From contig CACVAQ010000010.1 of assembly GCA_902727865.1 (NCBI GenBank), forward strand, positions 1 through 47,672: a stretch of 47,672 nt of DNA, in the 5' to 3' direction. This document shows, one piece after another, positions 47,263 through 47,672 of this stretch (its first letter is position 1; the number at the start of each line of letters is the position of its first letter). Origin of the DNA: an uncultured Aureispira sp. GTDB taxonomy: Bacteria > Bacteroidota > Bacteroidia > Chitinophagales > Saprospiraceae. The notes beneath the pieces are model-generated. The model was not told the DNA's origin. It did not search any database and saw nothing but the letters and a program-made list of their open reading frames with translations. The translations under genes were made by a program, and so were the position numbers.

Positions 47263-47672
47263 GTATAAATAAAACAGTTTGCAATAAAAAATTAATCTTT
47301 TCTAAGGATTCTTACAAATAATAGCAAAGCTTGATTTTTTCGGTGCCTAGATTTGAATCTAAAAAATAGGATTTATACCGTTTTAAGTAAAAATAAAAAT
47401 GGATAAAAAAATAATTTCATTTTTTCTACGCTGCTATCTATTAGAAAGTAAATCGTTTATTCCTAAATTCGGTATCAAATTTAGCCTATAAGGCATTTCA
47501 ATCTGTCTTAAATAGGTCGATCTAAATATTATTCTTTAACTTTATGACCTAAGTACAAGGCAACTCTTCTTGTGAGCCAATTTTATGATAATATTTAAAA
47601 TAGCTTGTCATTTTTGAGCGTTCCGTTTTCTTCCTTTATATTTAGAATCCGTAAAAGGAATCCAACACCCTA

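Noticed and set aside
47285-47672. Possible further palindromic element at the window end
   Set aside because: Only short imperfect pairings (ATACCG/CGGTAT); not distinguishable from AT-rich background by eye.
1-47672. tRNA, rRNA, transposase or integrase genes
   Set aside because: No cloverleaf, rRNA-like segment, or DDE/HUH/tyrosine-recombinase ORF recognised.

Overview
AT-rich Bacteroidota DNA; gene content and TAnnTTTG promoter boxes suggest a Saprospiraceae/Aureispira-like organism (inference). Bases 1-12.5 kb hold the 3' part of a pfa-type polyunsaturated fatty acid synthase cluster: tandem ACPs, a separate KR-DH ORF, a KS-CLF-AT-DH-DH protein and PfaD. A four-helix-bundle gene inside the cluster is disrupted by a 146-bp insertion. 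Next come an AT-rich ABC-type ATPase plus a putative PD-(D/E)xK nuclease (candidate defence pair) and a TetR/ABC exporter/DinB operon. The rest is mostly housekeeping: dusB, a MutS-like ATPase, an amidohydrolase, nrdB-nrdA, an RNase Z-like protein, rnhA, rimM, ytxJ, metG and two GT2 genes. The main unexplained signals are: (i) an A9 run placed so that a -1 shift fuses the ACP ORF to the KR-DH ORF; (ii) a family of 115-150 bp structured non-coding elements with covarying terminal stems and 6-bp flanking duplications; (iii) the ATPase-nuclease pair; (iv) a signal-peptide protein carrying a MetG-like tRNA-binding domain; (v) a DnaA-box cluster upstream of nrdB. No rRNA, tRNA, CRISPR array or transposase was seen. 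All calls come from reading motifs by eye; no searches were run.
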